Source: Candidatus Yonathbacteria bacterium RIFCSPLOWO2_01_FULL_43_27 (lineage in GTDB: Bacteria > Patescibacteriota > Minisyncoccia > Phycocordibacterales > UBA1550). Taken from it: a DNA stretch of 64,000 bases. Of this stretch, positions 8,822 through 19,285 are shown in pieces (the stretch's first letter is position 1; the number at the start of each line of letters is the position of its first letter). The translations under genes were made by a program, and so were the position numbers. The stretch lies in contig MHUV01000006.1 in the NCBI GenBank assembly GCA_001823545.1, forward strand, positions 27,437-91,436, written 5' to 3'. A model generated the notes under the pieces. The model ran no database searches. It was given only the letters and a program-made list of their open reading frames with translations, and was not told the origin of the DNA.

Positions 8822-10780
8822 CTACTTCCCCGCCCCAAGTATTTTCTGTGCTTCACTATCTTTCCCATTTGCCGTTAATATCTGTGCGTAAAACATTCTT
8901 GCTTCGTCATACTCTGGTGCAAGTTCGTATGCCTGTTTAAAGATCTGCTCCGCCTGTTCTGTATTTCCATTTTTATAATACGCATTACCTAGTTCAAACA
9001 TAATCGTTTGTTTTGCGGGTGACAATGCGTGTGCTTTTTCCAAATACACAATTGCTTGCCCGAACATCCCCACGCGACTAAAGAAACTTCCGGTAAATAA
9101 CTGATAACGTGCATCCTGTGGAAGTGTTTCTGCTTGTGTGGTGAGTTCACGATCCGCAAGTATAAGAAACTCTTGTTGAGTACGTGTCAATTCTTTACCG
9201 CGTTCAATCCCCGAAAGAGAAATTTGTGCCAACTGTTCACGCACTTCCGAAGTACCAAACGAATCATACGAAAGTGCCTCTTTAAAGAGCGCGAGATTAT
9301 GTGCGGCACCAAGTGTCGCTGAGCGCTCGCTGAGTGCACGGAGTAGTGTCGTATTCTGTTTGTATCCTGCATAGTTCACTACATAAATGAGCACGAGTGC
9401 GAGCACGAGCGCCCCACCCGACACCACATATGACACATCTTCAGAAACACCTTGCAAAACTTCTTCTTTGGTTCCCTTCTTTTTTTCTACTACGGGCAAT
9501 TTATTACTTATACTTTCCACGAACGCAAGAATCGTGAAGAAGTAAATTAAACTCGTAATATTATCGAATACAAAAAGATTTTGAAAAAAATATCCTCCCA
9601 AAAGCCCCGTGAGTACGCTTTTTTCTAAGACAGAAAGTGTACGAGCACGTCGCCAGATACAGTAGAGCGCACATCCAAAAAGTGATAAGTATGCAAGGAG
9701 TGCCGGGAAACCACCCGCGATCAACCAATCAAAAAATACATTGTGCGCGCGGTCGAACCACTGCTCTTGGTCGTACATATTGGGGTTGTAGTATTCATTG
9801 AACACATAGTTGAAATTCTCCATCCCCCATCCACGAATTGGATGTTCTTTGAAACCCTGATATGCCATATTCCACACCATGAAGCGCGACTTGGTAGTTT
9901 TCTCTGTAAGCGAAATGGACGCAAAGCGCGCGAGCACAGGACTTTCACGAACGAACGAAGTATCACGAAGTACAATGAATCCGCCTACAAAAAGAGTGAG
10001 TGCAAGGAGCGTACCGATCGCTATTTTTCTTAACATGAGACGCTCACGCTCAAAGAGTGCGATGAGGATCATTGCAATACCAACCCCCACAATGAGTCCC
10101 AACATCGCGCCACGGGTCGCGGTGTGATAGAGCACAAACGTTTGTAGAATGGCGACTGCGCCATACAATAGCATTCTCATACGCGCACCAGTTTCGGTCA
10201 CACTTGTGTGCACCATCAAAAAGAGTGCGAGGAAAATATTGAAGAGTGCATACGTTCCAAGGTACGCAGCATTTCCAAGTGTGCCGTTTACGCGAATACC
10301 ATCTTGTACTACAGTGAGCATTCCCGCCCATTGCAACACCCCATACATCGCCATCGCAACACCAACCCCAACATGAAAATTAAGGTACGTGCGCCACATT
10401 GCACGTACCGAAAGCACGGTAGATGCCACAATAAAATATGCGAAGAGATGCAGGTACGTAATCACGCCTTCCATACGCTCAAAGTTAGACCAAAAACTTT
10501 TTTCTGGATTTTCACCCAAGAGTCCTGTGAGTGTGATAATAGCGAGGAACGCAACGAGGGCACCAAGAAGATAGCTCTTGCGTGGACGGTACGCGGGGTC
10601 TATTGCCATGAGAACCACCCATGCGGAAAGCATAATTTCCACAATCACCCGAAACGCAAAATTCTTGCCGACGATAAATGGAAAGAATGTACTATTCCCC
10701 AACACAATGAATGGAATAAACGGCACCGCCACAAATCCCATGGCAACCACAATGTTCGCTATTATTTTTTGTGTGTTCAT
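8822..10780 (-). CDS. O-antigen ligase/polymerase-like (Wzy_C) polytopic membrane protein with C-terminal TPR repeats
   Basis: About 12 TM helices plus the conserved Wzy_C-like loop, and a TPR-like C-terminus (AYYKNGNTEQAEQIFKQAYELAP). Confidence 0.6.
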   Translation of the reverse strand: MNTQKIIANIVVAMGFVAVPFIPFIVLGNSTFFPFIVGKNFAFRVIVEIMLSAWVVLMAIDPAYRPRKSYLLGALVAFLAIITLTGLLGENPEKSFWSNFERMEGVITYLHLFAYFIVASTVLSVRAMWRTYLNFHVGVGVAMAMYGVLQWAGMLTVVQDGIRVNGTLGNAAYLGTYALFNIFLALFLMVHTSVTETGARMRMLLYGAVAILQTFVLYHTATRGAMLGLIVGVGIAMILIALFERERLMLRKIAIGTLLALTLFVGGFIVLRDTSFVRESPVLARFASISLTEKTTKSRFMVWNMAYQGFKEHPIRGWGMENFNYVFNEYYNPNMYDQEQWFDRAHNVFFDWLIAGGFPALLAYLSLFGCALYCIWRRARTLSVLEKSVLTGLLGGYFFQNLFVFDNITSLIYFFTILAFVESISNKLPVVEKKKGTKEEVLQGVSEDVSYVVSGGALVLALVLIYVVNYAGYKQNTTLLRALSERSATLGAAHNLALFKEALSYDSFGTSEVREQLAQISLSGIERGKELTRTQQEFLILADRELTTQAETLPQDARYQLFTGSFFSRVGMFGQAIVYLEKAHALSPAKQTIMFELGNAYYKNGNTEQAEQIFKQAYELAPEYDEARMFYAQILTANGKDSEAQKILGAGK

Positions 10781-10828
10781 AATGTACTATCGTACCATAT
10801 TTCCCAAAAGACTGTTCAGGCTACACGA

Positions 10829-12622
10829 TTAGTGACTATGGTGTTTATTATTTACCTTGTAAAAATATGAATCTTTATCTTGCAATAAATCCTGCGGCTT
10901 CCCTTCCTCTTCAATCATTCCTTCTCTTAAAACTAAAAGTTTGTCCACGTTCATAATAGTAGAGAGGCGGTGAGCGATGATAAACACCGTCACCGTTCCA
11001 TGGAGTTCGTTAATAGCCTTTTGAACCAAGAGTTCCGATTCATTATCCAAAGCGCTTGTCGCTTCATCAAGCACCAAGATTTCCGGTCGACGAGCAAGCA
11101 CCCGCGCTAAGGCAATTCGCTGTCGTTGTCCAACAGAAAGCATTACTCCTTTATCTCCAACAATCGTATCAAATCCTTCAGGTAGGCCCACGATAAAATC
11201 ATAGATATGCGCCTGTTTTGCGGCTCTTTCAATATCTTCTTGCGAGAGTGTGTTCTCGTAAAACTGGATATTGTGACGTATTGTTTCATTGACGAGGAAA
11301 ATATCTTGCGAAACGTAGCCAATGCGCGAACGCCATTCTCGAAGATCTATGTCTTGAATATTAACACTGTCGAGGGTAATCTCTCCTGCCGTTGGTTTGA
11401 AAAGGCGGAGGAACAGATCTGCTACTGATGTTTTTCCCGCTCCTGACGGTCCAATAAGTCCAATTGTTTCTCCTTTTCTTAGGGTGAAGGTTACATTTTT
11501 TAGAACAGTGTCAGACCCTTGTCCATAAGAAAAACCTACATTGTTAAACTGAAGCGAGGTATTGAACTTGAAAGGGTCGCGCTCTTTAGGTTCGACTTCT
11601 ATATTTTCAACAAGGTCCTTTTTAAAATTAATAACATTCGCCACATACGGCAGAAGCTCGCTCACCGAATGAAGCGCGCCTTGCCCCGACTGTAAATAAA
11701 TAAATATTTTCTGAATGAGATAGAGTGTTGCAGCAAATACGGCTATATTAAAACCTGGAGTTTTATACGCAAATGAAAAAATGATGATAACAAAAACTAC
11801 ACTGAATGGCTGAATAAAGATTGTGCCAAGTGCGTGTACTACAATATTCCGCACATAAAGAGTACGCAAAGACAAAAGAAGCTCCTTTGCTTTCTCAAAA
11901 ACCCTACCTTCTTCTCCTGATGCTTTTACCACCTTAAGTCCGCCAAGATGCTCAGTTATATGATGAGAAAGTTGTTTATCCACGAGGCTCGCTTGCTCAT
12001 TCACTGATTGAGTTTTCTTTACCAGTGGTCGCAAGATATAAACGAGAGCTACGCCAGCAGCAAGAGTAACAAGCGTAATCCTTGGGGATATACTGAGTGC
12101 GAAGACTAAATAAATAATGAGTCCACTAAACGACTGGATAATCTGTGTAAAAACATCTAAAAGATTTGCACTACGACGCACATCGGACACGACCGTGTTT
12201 TGCACATATCCTATTTTTTGCCTTAAAAGAAATGGCCAACGAGCACTGAACGTTGCCGATAAAATATCCGCCATTTCCGCATTAATGAATTCTGCTCCAA
12301 TGCGTGCGCGCACATAGGTAAATATCCCAAGAATAAACGCTCTCCCGATAAAAAGCGCTGCGACCATTGCCAAAAGATATCTGAAACTGAATGGTATTGA
12401 GAAAAAATCAAAAAAAACTTTTATGGTCTGGGAAATGGCACTGTTCTCCACCTGACTACCGTTTCCCAAGAGAAAAGACAGGGCGGGAATAACCGCACCC
12501 ACCCCAATACCTTCCAATATCCCTCCAAAAAAACCGAGAGCAACGAGAAGGATGACTTGGGCCTTGTATCGACCGAAAACATATTTAAAAATAGTAATTA
12601 ACCTAATCTTGTCTTTTTTCAT
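10829..12622 (-). CDS. ABC transporter permease/ATP-binding fusion (MsbA-like exporter)
   Basis: Six-TM domain, then Walker A GPSGAGKTS, signature LSVGQRQRIALARVL, Walker B LVLDEATSALD. Confidence 0.9.
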   Translation of the reverse strand: MKKDKIRLITIFKYVFGRYKAQVILLVALGFFGGILEGIGVGAVIPALSFLLGNGSQVENSAISQTIKVFFDFFSIPFSFRYLLAMVAALFIGRAFILGIFTYVRARIGAEFINAEMADILSATFSARWPFLLRQKIGYVQNTVVSDVRRSANLLDVFTQIIQSFSGLIIYLVFALSISPRITLVTLAAGVALVYILRPLVKKTQSVNEQASLVDKQLSHHITEHLGGLKVVKASGEEGRVFEKAKELLLSLRTLYVRNIVVHALGTIFIQPFSVVFVIIIFSFAYKTPGFNIAVFAATLYLIQKIFIYLQSGQGALHSVSELLPYVANVINFKKDLVENIEVEPKERDPFKFNTSLQFNNVGFSYGQGSDTVLKNVTFTLRKGETIGLIGPSGAGKTSVADLFLRLFKPTAGEITLDSVNIQDIDLREWRSRIGYVSQDIFLVNETIRHNIQFYENTLSQEDIERAAKQAHIYDFIVGLPEGFDTIVGDKGVMLSVGQRQRIALARVLARRPEILVLDEATSALDNESELLVQKAINELHGTVTVFIIAHRLSTIMNVDKLLVLREGMIEEEGKPQDLLQDKDSYFYKVNNKHHSH

Positions 12623-12687
12623 ATAAATACAGATAGCGTATACCCGAGTATATCATCTTTGGCCACTGAAAAAAACTTTGCCGAGCA

Positions 12688-12723
12688 TAAAAAAATGCCC
12701 CCAGTTTTTAAAGCTGGGGGCAT
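12688..12723 (-). terminator. Rho-independent terminator for the 12742-13752 gene
   Basis: ATGCCCCCAG/CTGGGGGCAT 10-bp stem. On the minus strand it is followed by a run of 7 T (the A-run at 12689-12695 on +). Confidence 0.65.
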
Positions 12724-12741
12724 CATGACTGAAATGAATTG

Positions 12742-13752
12742 CTATAGCTTCGCAACGATATGTTTCGCGAGTTCATGCATCCTGATGCCCGACCCCTCGT
12801 TGTAAAAATACCCGAAGAGATGAATGATGTCACCTACAACCTCGATTTCATCTTCGACGATTACCATCGAGTAGGGAGACCCAATATGGGCTCCAGGCCC
12901 GTTGTCTACAGACACCATTCCGATAAGACCGTCGAGACGACCACTCTTCCCGACTGCCTCTTTGAGCACACCAACCGCTTCTTCTCTTGTCACGGGTTTT
13001 TCAACCCGGAACGCGAAATCAATGATTGACGCACCTGCCCATGGGATAACGGTGTACTTCACTGCAATCTTTCCGTTAAGAAACGGTAACAACTGCGGCG
13101 CCATCCGCTCCAATGTGCAAAACTTACGCTGAAGAGTCTGCGTCTCGCTATAAAGGAGACGATGCTCCTGCACATTATGGATAACGTGCACGGTGCATCC
13201 TACGACGCAGAACATGTCGTTCATTGTTGCCGTAAGCACTACGCCAGGGTTGACTGTACATGAGCCGTACGATACAACCTTGTGTTTCGTGGGGTCAAAA
13301 CTCTCGTGGTTATACCCCATAACAAGCGTTGCATCGGCGTCATAGCAGGTCGCTGACACAATGACCGTCTTGGTCTTACCGACCAGAAACGGCCTACATA
13401 GATCTGCTCCCGATGACCGCCCCCCTGAACACTCGAAGAAAATTCCCGGTTCACCAAGCCATCCCGCCCTTTCTGCAGGGCCACTCGAGATAGAGATGTG
13501 TTCTGTCCTTCCGTCCGGTGCCTGAATCATCAAGACTGTTCCCGTTAACACAATTTTGCATTTCCGGAAACCAGTTACCAGTGAATCACTTTTGATGATT
13601 GAGGAAATCTTCTCCGGTGTTAACTGTTCATCATTGATAAACCCAATCCGGTACGGCGCATGGCGGTCGTTAAACCACCACCATAACAAGTTGAGGGCGA
13701 AGCGCCCAAAACCGTTCATTCCGACCAAAACCCTGTTATCCTCTTTAGGCAT
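12742..13752 (-). CDS. Glyceraldehyde-3-phosphate dehydrogenase-family NAD-dependent dehydrogenase (divergent)
   Basis: N-terminal VLVGMNGFGRFALNLL (Rossmann, GAPDH-like), catalytic-Cys region SYGSCTVNPG (compare SxxSCTTNC), C-terminal FYNEGSG (compare YDNEWGYS). Confidence 0.5.
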   Translation of the reverse strand: MPKEDNRVLVGMNGFGRFALNLLWWWFNDRHAPYRIGFINDEQLTPEKISSIIKSDSLVTGFRKCKIVLTGTVLMIQAPDGRTEHISISSGPAERAGWLGEPGIFFECSGGRSSGADLCRPFLVGKTKTVIVSATCYDADATLVMGYNHESFDPTKHKVVSYGSCTVNPGVVLTATMNDMFCVVGCTVHVIHNVQEHRLLYSETQTLQRKFCTLERMAPQLLPFLNGKIAVKYTVIPWAGASIIDFAFRVEKPVTREEAVGVLKEAVGKSGRLDGLIGMVSVDNGPGAHIGSPYSMVIVEDEIEVVGDIIHLFGYFYNEGSGIRMHELAKHIVAKL

Positions 13753-13820
13753 AATAGCCCTCCTTTTTTATATGGTACTTCTAAATATAGAATAACACAT
13801 ATTTAATCAAAACACAAGGG

Positions 13821-15056
13821 CTACGCAGGGATAGTTTCTATATGAAGCGTGTCACGAATTTTATTTTCAAGGGCAAGTAATTGTTCGTAAGTATCTGTCA
13901 CGCACGTAATAAAGTTGGTACGGGTTGCTGAATGTATGTACGGCTTCACCATATCCCCCTCTTTAACAAGGAGAGTGATGTCGGCAACACCGGGAATTGC
14001 TAGGGCTTCATCAAGTCCTGATATTTTTTTCACAATACCTGGTTCTGGGAAAATAGCAAAGGTGGAAGACCATTTCACCCATCGAGGAATGAGATCGAGA
14101 GGGTCAAGTGGCTGACCAAGCGCAATATCCATGGTCGCCTTCATAAGGTCAATCCCGAACGAAAGTGGTTTGCGAAGTTGTGAATCATGTCCACCCGAGG
14201 TACGCGCAGTTATTTCAATAATCTCCACCTCTCCAGTATCATCCCGTACAATAAGATCCCCTTTAAATGCACCATCAGAAATACCAACTGCCTTCGCAGC
14301 ATCTCTCATTTTTCGATACATCTCATCTTGAGTTGCCGCAGGAAGAAGCGACGGGGTTCGCGACCCCGACTGCACCGCGTATGCTTCCTTTGTTTGAAAA
14401 ACTCTGTCAGAAATACCTGCAGGATAAAGAACTCCATTATATAAAATTGTGTCGACGCTGTATTCAATGCCAGTGATTTCTTTTTCAATCAGAACAGCTT
14501 TTTCTATAAAGCATGCATTGAGAGCATCTTCTATCGCCTTACTCAGCCCTGCCGAAGAGGTGAGTCGCGTCATGCCACGTGATGCTGAATTGTCTATCGG
14601 CTTCACATAACAAGGGTACCCAACACGAGCGACCAGAGTATCGGCATCTGCCAAACTTTCCACAACGACAAACGGAACTTTGCTCACACCATGTTCTGTA
14701 AGAAGGCGGCGTGTACGTACTTTATTATTACAATTAAAAGCGCTCTCGGGGTCAATTCCCGGAAGTCCCGCGGCGTGAGCCGCAAGAGCCACAATATGTT
14801 CAACATCGGCTCCTTGTGTATACACGCCTTGAATCTTTCCCTGAGAAGCCAGATCCTTGGCAAGTGTGGCAATTCCATCAGCGTCCCTCGTGCTAATCAA
14901 ATAAAAATGATCAGCGAGATTGCGGGCGGCACAGTGCTCGGAACCATCAACGAGATATGTTTCTATACCAAGCTCCCGAGCCCGCTTAAGCGCAAATGTC
15001 TGGAGAATACCACCACTTACCACCAGTAATCCTTTTTTTATTTCTGTTCCAGCCAT
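13821..15056 (-). CDS. ATP-grasp domain ligase
   Basis: ATP-grasp architecture (pre-ATP-grasp domain, then NCNNKVRTRRLL...GYPCYVKPIDNSASRGM, and so on). The start is set at the internal Met (MAGTEIKK) to avoid a 97-nt overlap with the upstream gene. Confidence 0.65.
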   Translation of the reverse strand: MAGTEIKKGLLVVSGGILQTFALKRARELGIETYLVDGSEHCAARNLADHFYLISTRDADGIATLAKDLASQGKIQGVYTQGADVEHIVALAAHAAGLPGIDPESAFNCNNKVRTRRLLTEHGVSKVPFVVVESLADADTLVARVGYPCYVKPIDNSASRGMTRLTSSAGLSKAIEDALNACFIEKAVLIEKEITGIEYSVDTILYNGVLYPAGISDRVFQTKEAYAVQSGSRTPSLLPAATQDEMYRKMRDAAKAVGISDGAFKGDLIVRDDTGEVEIIEITARTSGGHDSQLRKPLSFGIDLMKATMDIALGQPLDPLDLIPRWVKWSSTFAIFPEPGIVKKISGLDEALAIPGVADITLLVKEGDMVKPYIHSATRTNFITCVTDTYEQLLALENKIRDTLHIETIPA

Positions 15057-15706
15057 TGATAGAAATGCTGCATCGTTGTAAAGGAGAGTACCTCCAGTGG
15101 CAACGGCACGCTTTGTTCGTTCCCAATATAACACGCAATAGAACCAACAGCAAGCGCGCCTTCGATATCTTTTATAAGATGATCGCCCACATAGAGAAGT
15201 TCGTGAGGAAGGATTCCCTCCTCTTTAATGCACATATTAAAAAAGGCAGGGTCTGGCTTTTGATGTTCATCCCCATAGTAAATAAAATCGCACAATTCAC
15301 TGAAACCTGCGCGCACAATTCTCTGTTCCTGATAACTCTTCAATCCATCAGTAATGATGCCGATACGAAACCCTTTTTGCTTAAGCAGTTTAATAACTTC
15401 TCGCGAATACTCGTTCACATACTCCTTGTCACCCTGTTCCTTACGGAAAGAACTGATCAGTGAATCTTTGTAGTCCTCGGGCAACCCCAACACGCAGAAC
15501 GTGTCGTCTAGATGATTTTTATATTTATACCCTTTTGCTTCAAAAATCGAAAAGAACGTCTTTTGAAGATCGGGGTGCATGTGAGAAAAATTCTCAAGAG
15601 TTTTCTGCCATCGGTGTCGCACCAGAGACTGCTCATCCACAAGCGTTTGGTCAAAATCAAAAGCTACAACTTTTATAGTTGAGAAAAATTCATGTGGTGA
15701 TCGCAT
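15038..15706 (-). CDS. HAD-superfamily hydrolase (phosphatase)
   Basis: Motif I VVAFDFDQTLVDE (DxD), motif IV GDHLIKDIEGA. The start is set at the internal Met, giving a 4-nt ATGA overlap with the downstream gene. Confidence 0.7.
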   Translation of the reverse strand: MRSPHEFFSTIKVVAFDFDQTLVDEQSLVRHRWQKTLENFSHMHPDLQKTFFSIFEAKGYKYKNHLDDTFCVLGLPEDYKDSLISSFRKEQGDKEYVNEYSREVIKLLKQKGFRIGIITDGLKSYQEQRIVRAGFSELCDFIYYGDEHQKPDPAFFNMCIKEEGILPHELLYVGDHLIKDIEGALAVGSIACYIGNEQSVPLPLEVLSFTTMQHFYQWLEQK

Positions 15707-15710
15707 AATA

Positions 15711-16628
15711 TTATTTTTTGCGTGCAATAATAATGAATTCTCTACCAATCCCTTGTGTTCCAAGTGTTCTGTATATCGAATTCAATAGTATGCTGTTCTC
15801 TCGATAAAGATTCATTTCAAACTCTTTTCGCTCACGATGACATTCCCTCCCGAGCGCTGAATCTTTCACATAGTTTTTCCCTGAAAGAAGGAAGAATTCC
15901 ATGGGGAACGTACTGAGACTTTCCTTAACTTCAAATCCAGTTTTAGAAAGTAAGTTTCCCATCGAATTGGCATCAAAATAATTGAGGTGATGTGTTGGCA
16001 CAACCCACCATGGCTTAAATTTAAGCTTCTTCTGCAGTATTTCCTGCAAAGGATTGTAATCATTAGGACAAAAAATCGCAATAATACCATTCGGCTTTAA
16101 CAACTTCTTCATATCCTCGATAAAAGTAGCTGGATTCGGAACGTGTTCAAGGACCATACTTGCATGAATAACATCAAAAGGTCCGTACTGTTTCGCAGAC
16201 TCATAGCTAAAAAAATCATTTACCACTGCGAGCTTGCGACGTTTAGAATATTCCCATGCGTCAACAGAAGGCTCCAACCCGAGAACATCCCATCCTCGCT
16301 TCTTGCCACACACCAAAAAATGTCCAGGGCCAGAGCCAACATCTAAAATTTTTCTTCCTTTAGTGTACGTCTCTAAGAGAGTGTAGTAATTATTGTACGT
16401 TGCCATCCACCACGAAAGATCCTCCTTTGTTTCTTTAAAATAATTCGGTTTTCCCTTTGAGTAGAACTCTTCTTCGTAAAACTTTGCAAGCTCTTCTTCG
16501 GAAGGAATTGGATTAACATGTTTAAAGCCACACGAAATACATTCGATAATCGAAACACCTTCCTTCTTGTCCAGTATTTTTCCTTTATGTATTATTTTTT
16601 TCATTTTGTTTCTAAAAAATCCTCCCAA
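15711..16628 (-). CDS. Class I SAM-dependent methyltransferase
   Basis: Motif I ILDVGSGPGHFL, and a Zn-ribbon-like C..C N-terminus. Confidence 0.8.
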   Translation of the reverse strand: MGGFFRNKMKKIIHKGKILDKKEGVSIIECISCGFKHVNPIPSEEELAKFYEEEFYSKGKPNYFKETKEDLSWWMATYNNYYTLLETYTKGRKILDVGSGPGHFLVCGKKRGWDVLGLEPSVDAWEYSKRRKLAVVNDFFSYESAKQYGPFDVIHASMVLEHVPNPATFIEDMKKLLKPNGIIAIFCPNDYNPLQEILQKKLKFKPWWVVPTHHLNYFDANSMGNLLSKTGFEVKESLSTFPMEFFLLSGKNYVKDSALGRECHRERKEFEMNLYRENSILLNSIYRTLGTQGIGREFIIIARKK

Positions 16629-17743
16629 GTAATCGGCGCGCGAGCCTTAATGGCGCGGAGTACTTTTTTCCCAATGACAAGCCCTGCATCTTTTGGCGCG
16701 ATACCTCCCCATGGACGAAGGGTGATAATCATATCCTCAGTCAGGAGTGACCCTGCGGGAATATCTCGTATAGCATAGAGCGAGCGACGCGCCCACCTAT
16801 CCGCAATCTCGTCCTTGCCTAATGCATGATCCTCACCAGAAACAGGTTGCTTGATGCCCACTCTTGAAAGCGCCTGCTCAGCGTTACGAATTTCCTCAAC
16901 CGTGCGTTTAAAATCATCAATCTCGAGAGAATTAAGATCATCATTACTTCCTCCATCTCGTTCCGTAGTAAAGTGCTTCTCTATGACACACGCACCAAGT
17001 GCCACCGCAGCAATAGGAGCAGCGAGAAATGGGGGCTTGGAATGATCAGAATACCCGACAGGAAGTTTAAACGCCTCCTCAAGTGTTTCTATAGCACGAA
17101 GATTTAGATCAGCAAAACTTTTTGGCGGGTAAATTGAAATGCAGTGGAGCAAAATAATCTCATTGTTCCCCTCTTCTTGGATCACGCGCACTGCGTGTGC
17201 GACTTCTTCTAGATACGCCATGCCAGTCGACAAAATGATTGGTTTTCCCTTTCGCGCAATATATCGCAAGAGAACATCATCAGTCATTTCATACGATGCA
17301 ATCTTAAATGCTGGCACTCCTGCCGTCTCAAGAAAATCAGCGGCATCTTTATCAAACGGAGACGAGAGAAACATAATATTATGTTTCTTTGCATGAGCAA
17401 TGAGTTTATCTGTCCACTCAAATGGGATCTCGGCCGACCGATAAAATTCCGAAAATGCACCCACGGGTTTCCCGTGCCATTCTTCATATACAATAGTATC
17501 CGCAGCAATTTTATCATGCGTCAAATGCTGAAACTTTATCGCATCTGCACCCGCCTCAGCAGCAAGCTCTATTGATCTAAGTGCCTCCTCAATTTTACCT
17601 CGATGATTTGCCCCTACTTCAGCAATAACGAACACCGGTTGACCCTTACCCACCAGCCTGTTGCCGATGGTAACCACCTCTACCGGCTCATAGGTAAGGT
17701 TTTTTGGCAAGCTCTCAAAAAATTGTTTTCTTTCTATTCCCAT
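16601..17743 (-). CDS. Nonulosonic acid synthase, NeuB/PseI family (TIM barrel + C-terminal SAF domain)
   Basis: VFVIAEVGANHRG...GADAIKFQ is diagnostic of NeuB-family sialic/pseudaminic/legionaminic acid synthases. The C-terminal SAF domain is present. Confidence 0.85.
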   Translation of the reverse strand: MGIERKQFFESLPKNLTYEPVEVVTIGNRLVGKGQPVFVIAEVGANHRGKIEEALRSIELAAEAGADAIKFQHLTHDKIAADTIVYEEWHGKPVGAFSEFYRSAEIPFEWTDKLIAHAKKHNIMFLSSPFDKDAADFLETAGVPAFKIASYEMTDDVLLRYIARKGKPIILSTGMAYLEEVAHAVRVIQEEGNNEIILLHCISIYPPKSFADLNLRAIETLEEAFKLPVGYSDHSKPPFLAAPIAAVALGACVIEKHFTTERDGGSNDDLNSLEIDDFKRTVEEIRNAEQALSRVGIKQPVSGEDHALGKDEIADRWARRSLYAIRDIPAGSLLTEDMIITLRPWGGIAPKDAGLVIGKKVLRAIKARAPITWEDFLETK

Positions 17744-17802
17744 ATTATGTTCAATATCTTTACTATACTACAAGAAAGACGATTCTGTGCAAACCCATCA
17801 AT

Positions 17803-19269
17803 TTATACCTCTCTCTCCAATTTATCCTCGCGTGCAGTCCCCTGTTTCCCATATTCGCCATGTATTACCATTGCAGTCCCCCGTTCTTCGTTTTGCACGC
17901 GTTTTAAATATGCAGGACTTTTTTTTACCGTATCAATAATTTCTATAAACTTTTTATCCCGATAGGGTAAAATAGACTCTGCAGCAGTGAACTGCACCTG
18001 CACGCCTCGAAGTTTACATTCGTTTACGATGCGCTTTGTTTCAGCGTCGGGTTGCATCAATGTTTCAAAATGTTCGTACATCGCACGCACACGTGGAATA
18101 TGGTATTCATTTGTAATAAACACGACACACCTCAATCCTCTCTCGTGAACAATTTTCATCGTTTCGCCAATCTGAGAAAGTGTGTCTGTCGACTGCTCTT
18201 CTAGAATGATTCTATTTCGCAGAATTGAAAGTTGTTCCAATTCATTCTGAAAAACAGTCGCCTGTGCTTGCTCAGGGTGATGTGCGCCCGTTGCTATAAT
18301 CATTGCTTTAGGGAAGAATCCTGCCAATTCCGCAACAGCCAGAACACGCGCCTCTCCCCACAGGATACCAAAAGCATCCCCCTCATCAGTTCGCGTAGAA
18401 CGATACTTAGTCACCCCATCCTGCGTCACCTCTTTTACGATACCTCCGGATATCAATACGATTGCATCAGGTTCAAAACCAACCACACGTTCATAGAGAT
18501 CGTGCTTTTGTTGAAACTGTTCATCTTCTTTTAATGATTTATGATATCCTTCATACCCCGTTCCACCAACATTAATCGAGTGTAATTCAGGCTTTTCCGA
18601 CAAAAGGTTGAGCACCTCATCTTTTGAAAAAACCGAGTTTTGAGGATAGAGGTTCTCAAAAATTTTCGTAACAAAAATAAAATCTTCAGGAGTATCCACC
18701 GACCAATGCATTGCAGAAAAATCCTCAACACCACTCTGCCATGCTCGCACACGAAACATCTCCGGATGGTTATACACATACGGTGTTACATGTTCACGTT
18801 CTGACGGCTTCACTGCCTCTTTCCATGCCCGCTCAAGCGTGCTAAATGAAAAGATTTCCATATCAAGCCCTTCGGGATAATTGGATGGTTTTGAGGCATA
18901 ATCAACGTCCGTAGCATTCTTCAAAAAATACTCTATCGTTTCATCGATGACCTTTGGGTCGGAGAGTGGGCAATCCCCTGTTACCCGAACGACAATATCC
19001 GCCTGTGCTTCTCGTGCCGCTTGGTAGTAACGATCGAGAACATCTGATTCACTCCCTCGGAAACATTCTACACCAGCCTCCTGCGCCATGCGTGCAATAA
19101 TGTCATCTTCGTCCTTAATCGTGGTTGCAACAACAACCCTATCAACAAACCGTGATTGCTTCACTCTCTCAATTTGATGCACGAGCATCGGTTTCCCGAG
19201 AATAAGTTTCGAGACTTTTCCCGGTAGTCGTGTTGAACCCATTCTTGCTTGGATGATGCAGACGATCAT
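17803..19269 (-). CDS. Acylneuraminate (CMP-nonulosonate) cytidylyltransferase-family protein fused to a ~250-aa C-terminal domain of uncertain family (DUF218/YdcF-like pattern)
   Basis: N-terminus MIVCIIQARMGSTRLPGKV (CTP_transf_3 / PseF / SpsF-like). The C-terminal half has VLISGG...TDTLSQIGETMKIV. Confidence 0.65.
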   Translation of the reverse strand: MIVCIIQARMGSTRLPGKVSKLILGKPMLVHQIERVKQSRFVDRVVVATTIKDEDDIIARMAQEAGVECFRGSESDVLDRYYQAAREAQADIVVRVTGDCPLSDPKVIDETIEYFLKNATDVDYASKPSNYPEGLDMEIFSFSTLERAWKEAVKPSEREHVTPYVYNHPEMFRVRAWQSGVEDFSAMHWSVDTPEDFIFVTKIFENLYPQNSVFSKDEVLNLLSEKPELHSINVGGTGYEGYHKSLKEDEQFQQKHDLYERVVGFEPDAIVLISGGIVKEVTQDGVTKYRSTRTDEGDAFGILWGEARVLAVAELAGFFPKAMIIATGAHHPEQAQATVFQNELEQLSILRNRIILEEQSTDTLSQIGETMKIVHERGLRCVVFITNEYHIPRVRAMYEHFETLMQPDAETKRIVNECKLRGVQVQFTAAESILPYRDKKFIEIIDTVKKSPAYLKRVQNEERGTAMVIHGEYGKQGTAREDKLEREV

Positions 19270-19285
19270 ATATTTAATACAATGA

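Noticed and set aside
10208-10870. 220-aa + strand ORF
   Set aside because: Antisense to the Wzy-like gene. His/Lys-rich nonsense translation.
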